The notes: generated by a model not told the origin, from the letters alone. A stretch of 55,942 nucleotides of DNA from Peptococcaceae bacterium UBA3933 (GCA_002385805.1 DGEF01000124.1:1-55942); one strand, 5' to 3'; shown: positions 9,477 through 18,990, numbered from the stretch's first letter. Translations and numbers: made by a program.

Positions 9477-10694
9477 ATGAATATTACTTTAAAACGTTAT
9501 TTATATGTAGTTAATGGTTTTATTATCCTCTTGGTATTGGGCATAGGCTATGCCTGGTCGGTATTCGTTGGACCTCTGGAAAACCACTATGGCTGGGGAC
9601 GAGCCCAAACCTCCTTGGCATTTACAATTTTAATGATAAGCTTTGCTTTAGGCAACTTAATGACCGGCATATTGTCACGTAAAATTCCCCATAAAAGAAT
9701 TGTTCAGATCTCATCGGTGGCAATGGGTGGTGGGATGTTTTTAACTTCAATGGTAAGTAGCATTCAATTATTGTATTTTACATACAGCATTGCCGTTGGG
9801 TTATCTATTGGCATGGTTTATAATGCGGTTGTTTCAATTACTCCAAGATGGTTTCCGGAAAAGCAAGGTACTATTACCGGTGTTTTATTGATGGCCTATG
9901 CTTTATCGGCCAGTATTTTAGGACCTGTCTGTCAATTTATGTTGGCCCGGATAGGAGTACCTTTTACCTTTGTAACCTTAGCCATAATAGATTTCCTGGT
10001 TTTGTTTGTGGGCAGCTTTAACTTAGTAGCACCAACTACAAAGCAGAAAGAATTATTGCCGCAAGCAGCAGCACGTAAAAAAAATGAAGGAATAAAAACA
10101 GAAATAAATCACTGGCAAATGTTAAGAAGCAAAGAGTTTTATATCTATTTTATTTTAACGGTTTTTTTTATTAGTATAGCTTTAAGCTACCTTAATCATG
10201 TGGTACCGGCTTTGGAAAATGATTTATTGTTAAGTGCAGAAACGGCAGCCTTGGTAGTAAGTGCTATGAGTATTTCAAATGGATTGGCCCGTCCGGTTTT
10301 TGGTGTTTTCTACGATAAAACCGGTTTAACTTTAAGTCTCACTACCTTAAGTTTTATCTATATTTTTGCAACTTGGACCACATATTTTGGCCTGTGGAGT
10401 CGTACAACCAGTCTAATGATTATCGGAGCATGTGGAGTCTTGTTTGGTTTTGGTGGCCAAGGAGCCCTTATGCCGACTATTACTAGAAATCTTTTTGGGG
10501 AAAAAAACTTTTCGATGAATTTTTCTATTGTTAGCCTGGTAGGCATAGTTGGTTCAGTTGGCCCCAGCATTATTGGAATAATTCAAGCAGCCCACGGCAA
10601 CTATCAATTGGCCTATCTAATGCTGGCAATAGCTACGGTAATTCCTGCAATTTTAATACAATTACTGTTGTTTTTTATTAAGCGAAGAAAATAA
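9477..10694 (+). CDS. MFS transporter, oxalate:formate-antiporter (OFA)-like subfamily
   Basis: N-terminus GIGYAWSVFVGPLENHYGWGRAQTS is typical of OFA-type MFS proteins. About 12 TM helices. The track starts at TTG 9456, but ATG 9477 lies 6 nt after GGGAGG. Confidence 0.8.
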   Translation: MNITLKRYLYVVNGFIILLVLGIGYAWSVFVGPLENHYGWGRAQTSLAFTILMISFALGNLMTGILSRKIPHKRIVQISSVAMGGGMFLTSMVSSIQLLYFTYSIAVGLSIGMVYNAVVSITPRWFPEKQGTITGVLLMAYALSASILGPVCQFMLARIGVPFTFVTLAIIDFLVLFVGSFNLVAPTTKQKELLPQAAARKKNEGIKTEINHWQMLRSKEFYIYFILTVFFISIALSYLNHVVPALENDLLLSAETAALVVSAMSISNGLARPVFGVFYDKTGLTLSLTTLSFIYIFATWTTYFGLWSRTTSLMIIGACGVLFGFGGQGALMPTITRNLFGEKNFSMNFSIVSLVGIVGSVGPSIIGIIQAAHGNYQLAYLMLAIATVIPAILIQLLLFFIKRRK

Positions 10695-10715
10695 ACAATT
10701 AATAAATCCAACTTT

Positions 10716-10741
10716 TAAGCCCTTTAGGGCTTATTTTTTTC
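10716..10741 (+). terminator. rho-independent terminator after the MFS gene
   Basis: Stem TAAGCCC / GGGCTTA followed by a T-run. Confidence 0.7.
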
Positions 10742-10880
10742 GAATTTTAGGGAAAAGTTTTTGTATGTGGAAAATAAAAGGTCAGGTTGAATGTTATTAT
10801 TAACAATCGTCTATTTTTATTCTTTTTAACTTACCTCTTACATATATTTTATATTGTAAAAAAAATTGAGGAGGGATAGT

Positions 10881-11984
10881 GTGAGTGGTAAAGTTAGAGA
10901 GTTTTATCCTGGCGGTAATACCTCTTACGGTTTTTATTCTTTTTATGATTTTATTATTGATAAGGACGCAACCCGCATCTTCATTATTAAAGGAGGTCCG
11001 GGGGTCGGAAAATCTTCTTTTATGAAATCCATTGCCAAAACAATGCTGGAAAAGGGTTTTGACGTAGAATACCATAATTGTTCTTCTGATAACAACTCTA
11101 TTGACGGAATCGTTATTCCTGCCTTGAAAGTAGCCCTCATTGACGGTACCGCTCCTCATATTGTAGACCCTAAATTTCCTGGAGCCGTAGATGAAATCGT
11201 GAATTTAGGAGAATTTTGGAATGAAAAAGGTTTAATTGCCAATAAAGAAGAGATTTTACGAGCTACCCAAAAAGCAAGTAGGTTTTTTAAAATTGCTTAT
11301 TTCCATTTAAAAGAAGCTAAGGTAATACACGATGAGTGGGAAAGTTATATTACGGAAGCCATGGATTTTGCTCCTATTAATAAAATAACCAGGTATGTTG
11401 CTAATGAAGTCTTTGGAGATGTGGAACCTGATTTCAGTAGAGTAGCTAAAGCCAGACATTTATTCGGCAGTGCCATTACACCTCAAGGCCCGGTTAATAA
11501 TCTGGACAGCATCTTAATTGATGTAGAAAATGTCTACATTTTAAACGGAGAACCGGGAACAGGCAAATCTACTTTTATGGAAAAGATGCTCTCCCGGGCT
11601 CAGGAGATGGGTATTGATACAGAAGTTTACCATTGCCCCCTGGATCCGCAAAAACTGGACTTTTTAGTGATTCCCCGCCTAAAAGTAGCCTTTATTAATG
11701 GATCTGAGCCTCTGGACGCAGATTTATCCACCTTTCAGCGTACAGAAATTGATTTCGACCAGTATCTGGAATTAGAAATTTTAGACGAATATAAAAAAGA
11801 AATCGCCTCCTGTAAAGAAAGATTCTGGGCAGCATTTAAGCGAGCCGTCCATTACATAGGCGAAGCTAAAAGAGTCCATGATGAAGTAGAAGGTTACTAT
11901 ATCCCAAATATGGATTTTCCGGCTATTAATGCTAAAAGAGATGAAGTGTTAGAAAAAATTTTATCCTATGCCGAAAAGGTTTAG
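10881..11984 (+). CDS. tandem double P-loop NTPase of unknown function (internally duplicated)
   Basis: Two Walker A motifs (GGPGVGKSS and GEPGTGKST), each followed by a matching block (FDVEYHNCSSD..IDGIVIPALKVALIDGTAPH versus IDTEVYHCPLDP..LDFLVIPRLKVAFINGSEP). GTG 10881 lies after GAGGAGGG; the track start is TTG 10866. Confidence 0.7.
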   Translation: MSGKVREFYPGGNTSYGFYSFYDFIIDKDATRIFIIKGGPGVGKSSFMKSIAKTMLEKGFDVEYHNCSSDNNSIDGIVIPALKVALIDGTAPHIVDPKFPGAVDEIVNLGEFWNEKGLIANKEEILRATQKASRFFKIAYFHLKEAKVIHDEWESYITEAMDFAPINKITRYVANEVFGDVEPDFSRVAKARHLFGSAITPQGPVNNLDSILIDVENVYILNGEPGTGKSTFMEKMLSRAQEMGIDTEVYHCPLDPQKLDFLVIPRLKVAFINGSEPLDADLSTFQRTEIDFDQYLELEILDEYKKEIASCKERFWAAFKRAVHYIGEAKRVHDEVEGYYIPNMDFPAINAKRDEVLEKILSYAEKV

Positions 11985-11992
11985 CTTAACTT

Positions 11993-12019
11993 AAAAAACC
12001 TGCCACAAGCAGGTTTTTT
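11993..12019. terminator. bidirectional terminator between convergent genes
   Basis: AAAAAACCTGC-CACAA-GCAGGTTTTTT. Confidence 0.8.
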
Positions 12020-12027
12020 AAATTAAG

Positions 12028-12921
12028 CTATTTTCCTAGTAAATAAAATTTAATTAATCCAAAAGTTTCCCGTAAGGTATATTTAAACCTTAACCATTTG
12101 TTTGTATACAAGGGACTTTCTAAAGCCGGTACACCTTGCGCACTAATGTCCTGGGCAGCGGCAATTGCTAAAGCCCGCTTTAGATGAAAAGCATCAGTAA
12201 CGATTAAATAAGTATTAAAACCTTCTCTTTCCCCAATTATTTTGCTAAACTTCAAGTTTTCCTCTGTAGAGGAAGATTGTTTTTCCAAAAGAATATCCTC
12301 CCTGGGAACCCCTAATGAAACTGCCAAATCGGCCATTACCTCCGCTTCTGTAGGAGGGATTCTTCCCAGCCCGCCGGAAACTAGCAATTTTTTTACCAAA
12401 CCATTTTGATATAATTTAACACCTTCCTTTACCCGAGCATACATAGAAGGACTGGGAGTTGAACCCTCCCAAACCGCCGCCCCTAAAATTATAGCTGCAT
12501 CAGCTTTGGTTACCTGAGAAACTTGTCCGGATTTTTCTATTTCGTAATACAATGCGCCAATTAGCAAAATAAAAATTAAGGATGAGAGGATAAGGCCATT
12601 TAATGTTTTCCTAGGATTCAATTTACTGGCTACACCGCCAATAACAATAGATAAAATTAAACTTAAAACAAAAGAAAAAAATAAAGAAATAAAATTCAGT
12701 AAATTGGTAGGATAAATTTGATAAACTACCGGTATTAATAACCAAACAAAGCCGTTTAACTTTACCCCGGCCCATTTATCCTGGGATAGTCCTCCGACTA
12801 CAAAAGCCGCAGCACAGGTAACCAGTAGAAATAAAATACCGGGTGGATATAAACCATATCTAAAAATTATAGCGGCTGTTATCCAACCGCCTAAGCCTAA
12901 TATATATGCTAGGTATTGCAT
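12028..12921 (-). CDS. membrane protein with C-terminal DUF218 (YdcF/SanA/ElyC-like) domain
   Basis: About 4 N-terminal TM helices, then AAIILGAAVW..SPSMYARV..LLVSGG..TEAEVM..STEENL, typical of DUF218. Confidence 0.75.
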   Translation of the reverse strand: MQYLAYILGLGGWITAAIIFRYGLYPPGILFLLVTCAAAFVVGGLSQDKWAGVKLNGFVWLLIPVVYQIYPTNLLNFISLFFSFVLSLILSIVIGGVASKLNPRKTLNGLILSSLIFILLIGALYYEIEKSGQVSQVTKADAAIILGAAVWEGSTPSPSMYARVKEGVKLYQNGLVKKLLVSGGLGRIPPTEAEVMADLAVSLGVPREDILLEKQSSSTEENLKFSKIIGEREGFNTYLIVTDAFHLKRALAIAAAQDISAQGVPALESPLYTNKWLRFKYTLRETFGLIKFYLLGK

Positions 12922-12937
12922 TGTTTCACCTACTTTA

Positions 12938-13477
12938 TTAGTGGCTAATGGTTAGTGGCTGGTGGCTAGTATCACGACCTTCTGTCGTTTTCCCTATACA
13001 GGCAATCTGCATGTCGGTGGGCGAGTGAGCGAGTGGGCGAGTCAAATACTTTTCATCGCGAAAGAGAAAAGCAACTAAAGCGAACCCCTCATTTTACGCA
13101 CCGTTATAAATGGGGATATTTTACTTGAGCGGCTATACGGAGAATCGGCTAAATAATCTTAGCGTAGCCGAAGTAATAAAAGCTGGCTGGACGATAGGAC
13201 GTCGTCCAGAGTGCGAATTGGGCCATGGACGGCCCATTGAGCACGGTCAGCTTTTATTCTCTAGCAAGCTTAGATTATTCCGATTCGGAGTTTTTAGCCT
13301 AGCGAAAGTAAATATTTCCATGACATTGACTCGCTCAATGACCCAAAAAAATCTCAGTAGCCGTCATACCGCCCCCAAATATTCGCCCAAAAGCCATAAT
13401 GCCGTCCCAAAAACTAAACCCCAAAGCTGTAATGCTGACATGCAGTATAGCTCATTAGACGTAATGCCATCCTAAAG
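12938..13477. repeat. composite word-array intergenic element, copy A
   Basis: In order on the + strand: a GTGGCTAGT-type array (12938-12970), a CACGACC unit (12971-12990) and a GGGCGAGT array (13017-13043). Then comes a roughly 210-nt imperfect inverted repeat (13110-13321), followed by four units with a 32-33-nt period and a TAATGC core (cores at 13364, 13397, 13430, 13462). Confidence 0.9.
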
Positions 13478-15895
13478 TCAATGCTTATATTTCCATCTTT
13501 TTAGCCGCAGAGCGTTGCTCACTACCGACACAGAACTAAAAGCCATGGCACCTCCGGCAATAACCGGTGATAATAAACCTAAAGCAGCAATAGGAATGCC
13601 TAATGTGTTATAAATTAGAGCCCAGAATAGATTTTCCTTTATATTTCTAATAGTGGCTTTGCTAAGTTGGATAGCGGCCACTATTCCTTCTAAATCACCG
13701 CTAATTAAGGTAATATCGGCCGTTTCCATGGCTACATCAGTACCGGTGCCAATAGCAATACCTACATCAGCCGTAGCCAAAGCAGGGGCGTCATTAATTC
13801 CGTCACCCACCATAGCTACAACTTTACCTTCATTTTTTAGTTTTTGTACTTCTTCCGCTTTTTTCTCCGGTAATACTTCTGCTAAAACCTTTTCTATCCC
13901 TACCTGATTAGCTATAGCTTGAGCCGTTCGCCGGTTATCGCCGGTAATCATGACTACCTCAATTCCCATTTCTTTGAGTTTCTTTATGGCTCTGGCCGAA
14001 CTTTCCTTAACCGTATCACTTACAGCTAAAATACCCGCCAAATCAATATCTAAAGCCACTAACATGGCTGTTTTACCTTCGCCTTCTAACTTCTCCAGAT
14101 TAGGTAAAAAAGCATCTATATTTATCTGATTTTTTTCCATTAATTTACGGTTACCTAATAAAATTCTTTTTCCCTCAATTTGCCCTTGCACACCATGTCC
14201 TGGTATGGCCTGAAAATCTTTTACTTCTAAAAGCTTCAGACCTCGCTTCTGACTATATTGCACAATTGCCTGGGCTAAAGGATGTTCCGAATTTTTCTCG
14301 ACACTTGCCGCATAAACTAAAAGCTCTTCTTCAGTAATACCCTGGGCCACAAGAATATCCGTAACCTGAGGTTCCCCTTTAGTAACGGTACCCGTTTTGT
14401 CAAAAACTACTGTATTTATCTTGTGAGCATTTTCCAGATGCTCACCACCTTTAATCAATATGCCGTTTTCCGCTCCTTTACCTGTTCCCACCATAATTGA
14501 AGTAGGTGTGGCCAGTCCTAAGGCACAAGGACAGGCAATAACTAAGACGGCTATAGCCGGCAGTAAGGCTTCGGTAAATTGACCTGGAGCAGCAATAAAA
14601 TACCAAATGACAAAAGTAAGAAAAGATATAGCTATTACCACCGGTACAAAATAGGCAGAAATCACATCGGCCATCCTCTGAATAGGTGCCTTAGAACCTT
14701 GGGCTTCCTCTACCACTTTGATGATTTGGGCCAAAGCCGTGTCTTTGCCCACTTTGGTGGCCTTAAACTTAAAACCGCCGTGTTTATTGATAGTAGCGCC
14801 AATAACCTCACTACCTACATTTTTATCAACCGGTATACTTTCCCCGGTCAACATGGACTCATCTACACTGGAACTACCTTCAATTATTATGCCGTCCACC
14901 GGGATTTTTTCCCCTGGTCGGACAAAAATAATGTCACCTACTACCAGTTCTTCAACAGGAATATCCAATTCCCGGCCTTCACGAATAACCCGAGCGGTTT
15001 TCGGTTGTAACCCCATTAATTTTTTTATTGCTTCAGTGGTACGTCCTTTAGCTTTTGCTTCTAGATATTTTCCAAAGAGAACCAAAGTAATAATGATAGC
15101 CGCACTCTCATAATAAACATGACTTGTACCAATCCAATTACTGAAAAAGGTGGCACCAACACTGTAAAAGTAAGCAGCTGAGGTACCTAAGGCTACTAAA
15201 ACGGACATGTTGGCACTACCGCCTTTAATCGCCCTATAAGCATCCACATAGAAATAACGTCCTACACCAAACTGCACCGGTGTGGCTAAAACAAACTGAA
15301 AAAGTGGACTCATGAGAAAAGCTGGAACTATTTCATGCAAATTAAACCAATCTATAAACATCATGGCTAAAAGAGGTAAAGAAAGAAGAGCAGAAAGGAT
15401 AACGAGATTTTTCTGCTGCTTAATCTCCTTCTCCCTGGCTTCCCGCTCCCGATCCGTACTGCCTTCTTCATCTGCTTCAATTACTTCATAACCAATTTCG
15501 CGTATTTTCTTTTTTAAATCAGCTATGCCGACTATACTCGGTACATAATGAATATGAGCCTTTTCTAAAGCTAAATTAACATTTGCTTCCAAAACTCCCT
15601 CTGTCTTATTAAGTCCCCGCTCAACTCGACTGGAACAGGCGGCACAGGTCATGCCTTGAATTTTAATTTCCACTTTATCTGTGGGCACATCATAGCCGGT
15701 TTCCTTTATTTTCGCAATGATATCCTTTAATTTTATTTTGTCCCCATCATAAATAACACTGGCTTTTTCCGTACCTAAATTAACATTAATCTCCATAACT
15801 CCTTCTAATTTAGGTACTTTTTTCTCTATACGAGTTGCACAGGCAGCACAGGTCATACCTAAAACCTGAAATTGTATTTTTTTTAAATTGGCCAT
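13478..15895 (-). CDS. copA: copper-translocating P1B-type ATPase
   Basis: Two N-terminal HMA domains (GMTCAAC twice), a CPC transmembrane motif ([11 protein letters not shown]), DKTGT phosphorylation site, and GDGINDAP. Confidence 0.95.
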   Translation of the reverse strand: MANLKKIQFQVLGMTCAACATRIEKKVPKLEGVMEINVNLGTEKASVIYDGDKIKLKDIIAKIKETGYDVPTDKVEIKIQGMTCAACSSRVERGLNKTEGVLEANVNLALEKAHIHYVPSIVGIADLKKKIREIGYEVIEADEEGSTDREREAREKEIKQQKNLVILSALLSLPLLAMMFIDWFNLHEIVPAFLMSPLFQFVLATPVQFGVGRYFYVDAYRAIKGGSANMSVLVALGTSAAYFYSVGATFFSNWIGTSHVYYESAAIIITLVLFGKYLEAKAKGRTTEAIKKLMGLQPKTARVIREGRELDIPVEELVVGDIIFVRPGEKIPVDGIIIEGSSSVDESMLTGESIPVDKNVGSEVIGATINKHGGFKFKATKVGKDTALAQIIKVVEEAQGSKAPIQRMADVISAYFVPVVIAISFLTFVIWYFIAAPGQFTEALLPAIAVLVIACPCALGLATPTSIMVGTGKGAENGILIKGGEHLENAHKINTVVFDKTGTVTKGEPQVTDILVAQGITEEELLVYAASVEKNSEHPLAQAIVQYSQKRGLKLLEVKDFQAIPGHGVQGQIEGKRILLGNRKLMEKNQINIDAFLPNLEKLEGEGKTAMLVALDIDLAGILAVSDTVKESSARAIKKLKEMGIEVVMITGDNRRTAQAIANQVGIEKVLAEVLPEKKAEEVQKLKNEGKVVAMVGDGINDAPALATADVGIAIGTGTDVAMETADITLISGDLEGIVAAIQLSKATIRNIKENLFWALIYNTLGIPIAALGLLSPVIAGGAMAFSSVSVVSNALRLKRWKYKH

Positions 15896-15936
15896 GATGA
15901 GTCCTCACCCCCAAAAAAAATTTAAGAACATTATAA

Positions 15937-15955
15937 CATATACCCCCAGGGTGTA
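15937..15955 (-). promoter_or_regulatory. candidate CsoR-type operator overlapping the copA promoter
   Basis: The minus strand reads ATACACCCTGGGGGTATAT, a pseudo-palindrome with a G-tract. It sits immediately upstream of a TATAAT box (15935-15930) and the copA RBS. Confidence 0.55.
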
Positions 15956-15967
15956 TCTAGAGAAATT

Positions 15968-16642
15968 TTAACCTTCTATCAGGTCCTGGAAAGCTTTCGT
16001 CCCTTTTATATTCATAAAATCCGGGTCTTTGGCAGCAAATTTCCTATTTTCCTCATTTAATTTAATGGCAATTTTTAAAGCACGTAAAGCTTTATCTTGA
16101 CGTCCCATTAAAGCATAAGTGCAAGCTAAATTGTACCAGCCATTGTCATAATAAGTATTTAGCCCCAAAGCTTTTTTATGACAACGGAGAGCTTGGTTAT
16201 ACTTGCCTAAATCAGCATATTCTACTCCCAAATTAGAATAGAGTACAAAAGAATTAGGATCAAAAAGTAACCCTTGTTTATAAGCTTTAATAGCCTCTTT
16301 CCTTTTCCCCAAGGAAGAAAGCTCTACACCAATATTCAGGTATGTTTCCACATCATAAGGATTAATATTAAGAGCTCGCTTATATTCTCTTAAAGCTTTT
16401 TTACTTTTTCTTAGCAGTGAATAAATTTGTCCTAAATTATAGCGAGCCTCAAAAAACTTTGGATCTATTTGGAGAGCTTTTTTAAAATAAAATTTAGCTG
16501 TAGATAATTGGTTCATCTCCCGGTAAATATTTCCCATTTGAAAGTAGATTTCGCAGGCTTCACCCGGGTTATTCTTCAAGAGCGTGCGCAACTTTTTCAA
16601 TGTTTTTTCATAATTAGAAAGGTCTATTTCTGTATTGTCCAT
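15968..16642 (-). CDS. TPR-repeat protein
   Basis: Repeated 34-aa units with the A..Y/F..AL..(D/N)P pattern throughout (for example AKFYFKKALQIDPKFFEARYNLGQIY). Confidence 0.85.
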   Translation of the reverse strand: MDNTEIDLSNYEKTLKKLRTLLKNNPGEACEIYFQMGNIYREMNQLSTAKFYFKKALQIDPKFFEARYNLGQIYSLLRKSKKALREYKRALNINPYDVETYLNIGVELSSLGKRKEAIKAYKQGLLFDPNSFVLYSNLGVEYADLGKYNQALRCHKKALGLNTYYDNGWYNLACTYALMGRQDKALRALKIAIKLNEENRKFAAKDPDFMNIKGTKAFQDLIEG

Positions 16643-16744
16643 GATTAACCCCCTTTGTATTCTAATCTGTTAACTTGTGTTGATAAGAATATGTTTTGGT
16701 TAATATCTTCTCCTTGTTAATCAATGTTCATCCTTAGTAAAACT

Positions 16745-16772
16745 AAACCCTTAGGTCTCCACCTAAGGGTTT
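16745..16772 (-). terminator. terminator at the end of the ahb operon
   Basis: Stem AAACCCTTAGG / CCTAAGGGTTT overlapping the stop codon; on the minus strand it is followed by TTTAGTTTT. Confidence 0.65.
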
Positions 16773-17244
16773 ATTCTTCTACAAAGTAACGCATACTTGT
16801 TTTTTTGAATTCTTTTTCACTAAAAAGTAACCGGTAATTTTCAATTCCCACTACTTGGGACATTTCTTTTGCCAGTTGGAAACACTGTTCTTCCGTCTCG
16901 GCATGAATCATAGTATAAATATTATAAGGTAGTTTAGGCAGCATAGGCCGCTCATAGCAATGAGTCACCTGAGGAAAAGAAGCCAGTTTCTGACCTACCT
17001 CTTCCACTTTTTCTGAAGGAACCTGCCAGATGATCATGGGGTTAGCTTTTAAACCCATTCGCCTGTGCCTTAAGGCTGCTCCCATACGGCGAATGTATCC
17101 TTTTTCTTTAAATTCTTTTACTTTCTTCAGCACCTGTTCTTCAGACATTCCCAATTGTTCTGCGATTATTTTAAAAGGTTGGGGGTGAACAGGTAAATCT
17201 TCCTGCAATTTTCTAATCAAGGCTTTATCCAGCTCACTTAACAA
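16771..17244 (-). CDS. AsnC/Lrp-fold siroheme decarboxylase subunit (AhbA/AhbB, NirD/L/G/H-like)
   Basis: 157 aa. HTH-like N-terminus (LDKALIRKLQEDLPVHPQPFKIIAEQLGMSEEQV) plus a C-terminal Lrp-like domain. Paired with a paralogue and a NirJ-like radical SAM gene. Confidence 0.75.
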   Translation of the reverse strand: MLSELDKALIRKLQEDLPVHPQPFKIIAEQLGMSEEQVLKKVKEFKEKGYIRRMGAALRHRRMGLKANPMIIWQVPSEKVEEVGQKLASFPQVTHCYERPMLPKLPYNIYTMIHAETEEQCFQLAKEMSQVVGIENYRLLFSEKEFKKTSMRYFVEE

Positions 17245-17713
17245 AATCTTTCTCCCCTTCTTCTAAACCGGGAACATAAAAGTTAACCTTGATTTTAAAT
17301 AATTTACGTGCCGGCAACTCATAAACTTTAAACCCGGTTTTTTCTTCTATTTCTTTAATGGTCTCCTTAAGTTTATTTTCCGAAGATGTAATCAGGGTAA
17401 ACCATAGGTTATAATCGTGTTGGCGTAAATAATTATGAGTAACTCCTGTATAACTATTGACAATGGAAACCACATCGGCTAATTTTTCTTCCGGAACTTC
17501 CATAGCACAAAGGGTGCTTTTGTACTTTAATTTCCGGGAATCAAAAACACCACCTATTCTACGGATAATTCCTTCATCTTTAAATTTGCTTACCCGCCGT
17601 ATAATCTCTTCCTCTGAAATCCCCAGCTTCTTGCCAATTTCCTTATAAGGGCGGGAACAAATGGGAAAATTGTCCTGGATTATGGTTAATAATTTTTTAT
17701 CAATATTATCCAT
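17234..17713 (-). CDS. AsnC/Lrp-fold siroheme decarboxylase subunit (AhbA/AhbB, NirD/L/G/H-like)
   Basis: Paralogue of the downstream gene (IDKKLLTIIQDNFPICSRPYKEIGKKLGISEEEI). ATG 17713 lies 9 nt after GGAGG and overlaps the upstream stop codon; the track start is TTG 17719. Confidence 0.75.
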   Translation of the reverse strand: MDNIDKKLLTIIQDNFPICSRPYKEIGKKLGISEEEIIRRVSKFKDEGIIRRIGGVFDSRKLKYKSTLCAMEVPEEKLADVVSIVNSYTGVTHNYLRQHDYNLWFTLITSSENKLKETIKEIEEKTGFKVYELPARKLFKIKVNFYVPGLEEGEKDFVK

Positions 17714-18899
17714 TAACAACTTCCTCCGTTAAACCAATTTCTTCATCCGTTAAGTAGCAGGCAGGGTCGGATTCCCAAAAATTACCTGTTACTGCTTCTG
17801 CTCTGGCCCTAAAATTACCGTTACAAATATCTAACCATTTACACTTAGCACAGCGACCCACTAACAGACCTTTCCGGTCTTTTAAACCTTTTAAAATAGG
17901 ATTGCTAAGATCTGTCCAGATTTCCCCGAATTTCCTTTCCCGCACATTCCCAAAGGTATGATTTTGTGTAAATTGGTCCGGATGTACATTCCCGTACCAA
18001 TCCACCTCACCGATGGCAATTCCGGAGCGGTTGCCTCCATTGTATTTTAGTAATTTTAAAACTTCTCCAGCCCGCTGAGGGTCTTCTTTCAAGAGGCGCA
18101 AGTATAAATAAACACCGTCTGCATGGTTATCTACCGTTAATACTTCTATATTTAAACCTTTTTTATGAAAATACTGTACTTTATCTATAATTAAATCTAG
18201 TGCCTGTCTGGTTTCTTCATGGCTAATATCTTCCTCAATCATTTTACTTCCTCGACCGGAGTAAACCAAATGGTAAAAACAGACCCTGGGGATTTTCTCT
18301 TCTTCTAATAAATCAAATATCCCATCTAACTCATGAAAATTATGTCTATTAATTGTAAAGCGCAATCCCACCTTTTGACCAACAGCCAAACAGTTGCGAA
18401 TACCTTCTAATGCCAGATCGAAAGCCCCTTTTTTTCCTCTAAACCGGTCATTATTCTCACCTAGACCATCTAAACTGATACCCACATAACCTACTCCAAT
18501 TTCCTTTAATTTTTTGGCGATTTTATAAGTTATTAAAGTACCATTGGTAGAAAAGGTAGTTCGTATACCCTTTTTAGCTGCATATTCGGCCAAATAGAGA
18601 ATATCCTCCCGCATAAAGGGCTCCCCGCCGGAAATCAAAAGAACTGGAACTTTAAACTCCTGTAAATCATCTATAAAGGTAAGAGCTTCTTCTGTAGTTA
18701 ACTCACCCTCATATTTTCGATTATCAGAACCGGCATAACAATGGATACACCGTAAATTACACGTTTTTGTACAATTCCAAACTACTACCGGCCCCCGACC
18801 GTGAGTTGTCCCATGACATGCTCCTTGGGAATTATGAGTATACCTAAGACTATCACCGAAATTATTAGTGTTTACCAAGAGCTTACTTATACCTATCAT
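17706..18899 (-). CDS. radical SAM/SPASM enzyme, NirJ/AhbC/AhbD-type (alternative haem biosynthesis)
   Basis: Canonical CNLRCIHCY (CxxxCxxC) motif and GGEPFMRED. C-terminal Cys cluster CAKCKWLDIC..ACY. Co-operonic with the two AhbA/B-like genes. Confidence 0.8.
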   Translation of the reverse strand: MIGISKLLVNTNNFGDSLRYTHNSQGACHGTTHGRGPVVVWNCTKTCNLRCIHCYAGSDNRKYEGELTTEEALTFIDDLQEFKVPVLLISGGEPFMREDILYLAEYAAKKGIRTTFSTNGTLITYKIAKKLKEIGVGYVGISLDGLGENNDRFRGKKGAFDLALEGIRNCLAVGQKVGLRFTINRHNFHELDGIFDLLEEEKIPRVCFYHLVYSGRGSKMIEEDISHEETRQALDLIIDKVQYFHKKGLNIEVLTVDNHADGVYLYLRLLKEDPQRAGEVLKLLKYNGGNRSGIAIGEVDWYGNVHPDQFTQNHTFGNVRERKFGEIWTDLSNPILKGLKDRKGLLVGRCAKCKWLDICNGNFRARAEAVTGNFWESDPACYLTDEEIGLTEEVVNG

Positions 18900-18990
18900 G
18901 AAACAACCTCCTAAAGGATTAAAGAGTTATAAATATTCATAATAATATCTTACCACATATCTTACCTTCTGTGTCCATTAATAATAACTA

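Noticed and set aside
13085-13330. The central inverted repeat of copy A as a 6S RNA or another known ncRNA
   Set aside because: A long imperfect duplex superficially resembles 6S RNA. However, the centre holds two small perfect hairpins rather than a central bubble, and the arms are made of the same repeat vocabulary. I cannot match it to any known RNA family by eye.
13110-13475. 121-aa + strand ORF inside repeat copy A
   Set aside because: It lies entirely within the palindromic and periodic repeat element. It has no RBS, and its low-complexity, repeat-driven sequence (for example SPKSHNAVPKTKPQSCNA) reflects the 32-33-nt units. It is most likely not a gene.
13356-13477. CRISPR-array interpretation of the 32-33-nt periodic units (also 26262-26400 and 45678-45836)
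   Set aside because: There is no alternation of an invariant repeat with unique spacers; the whole unit is degenerate. Only four or five units are present, no cas genes are in the window, and the arrays are embedded in larger mosaic elements.
14579-15113. Antisense ORFs within copA, and similar ones elsewhere: mreB 32322-32837, radC 33115-33585, valS 42351-42992, the ABC ATPase 47124-48287, the permeases, lon, and others
   Set aside because: All are antisense shadows of long, motif-rich genes. Their compositions are typical of out-of-frame reverse translation, and none has its own start signals.
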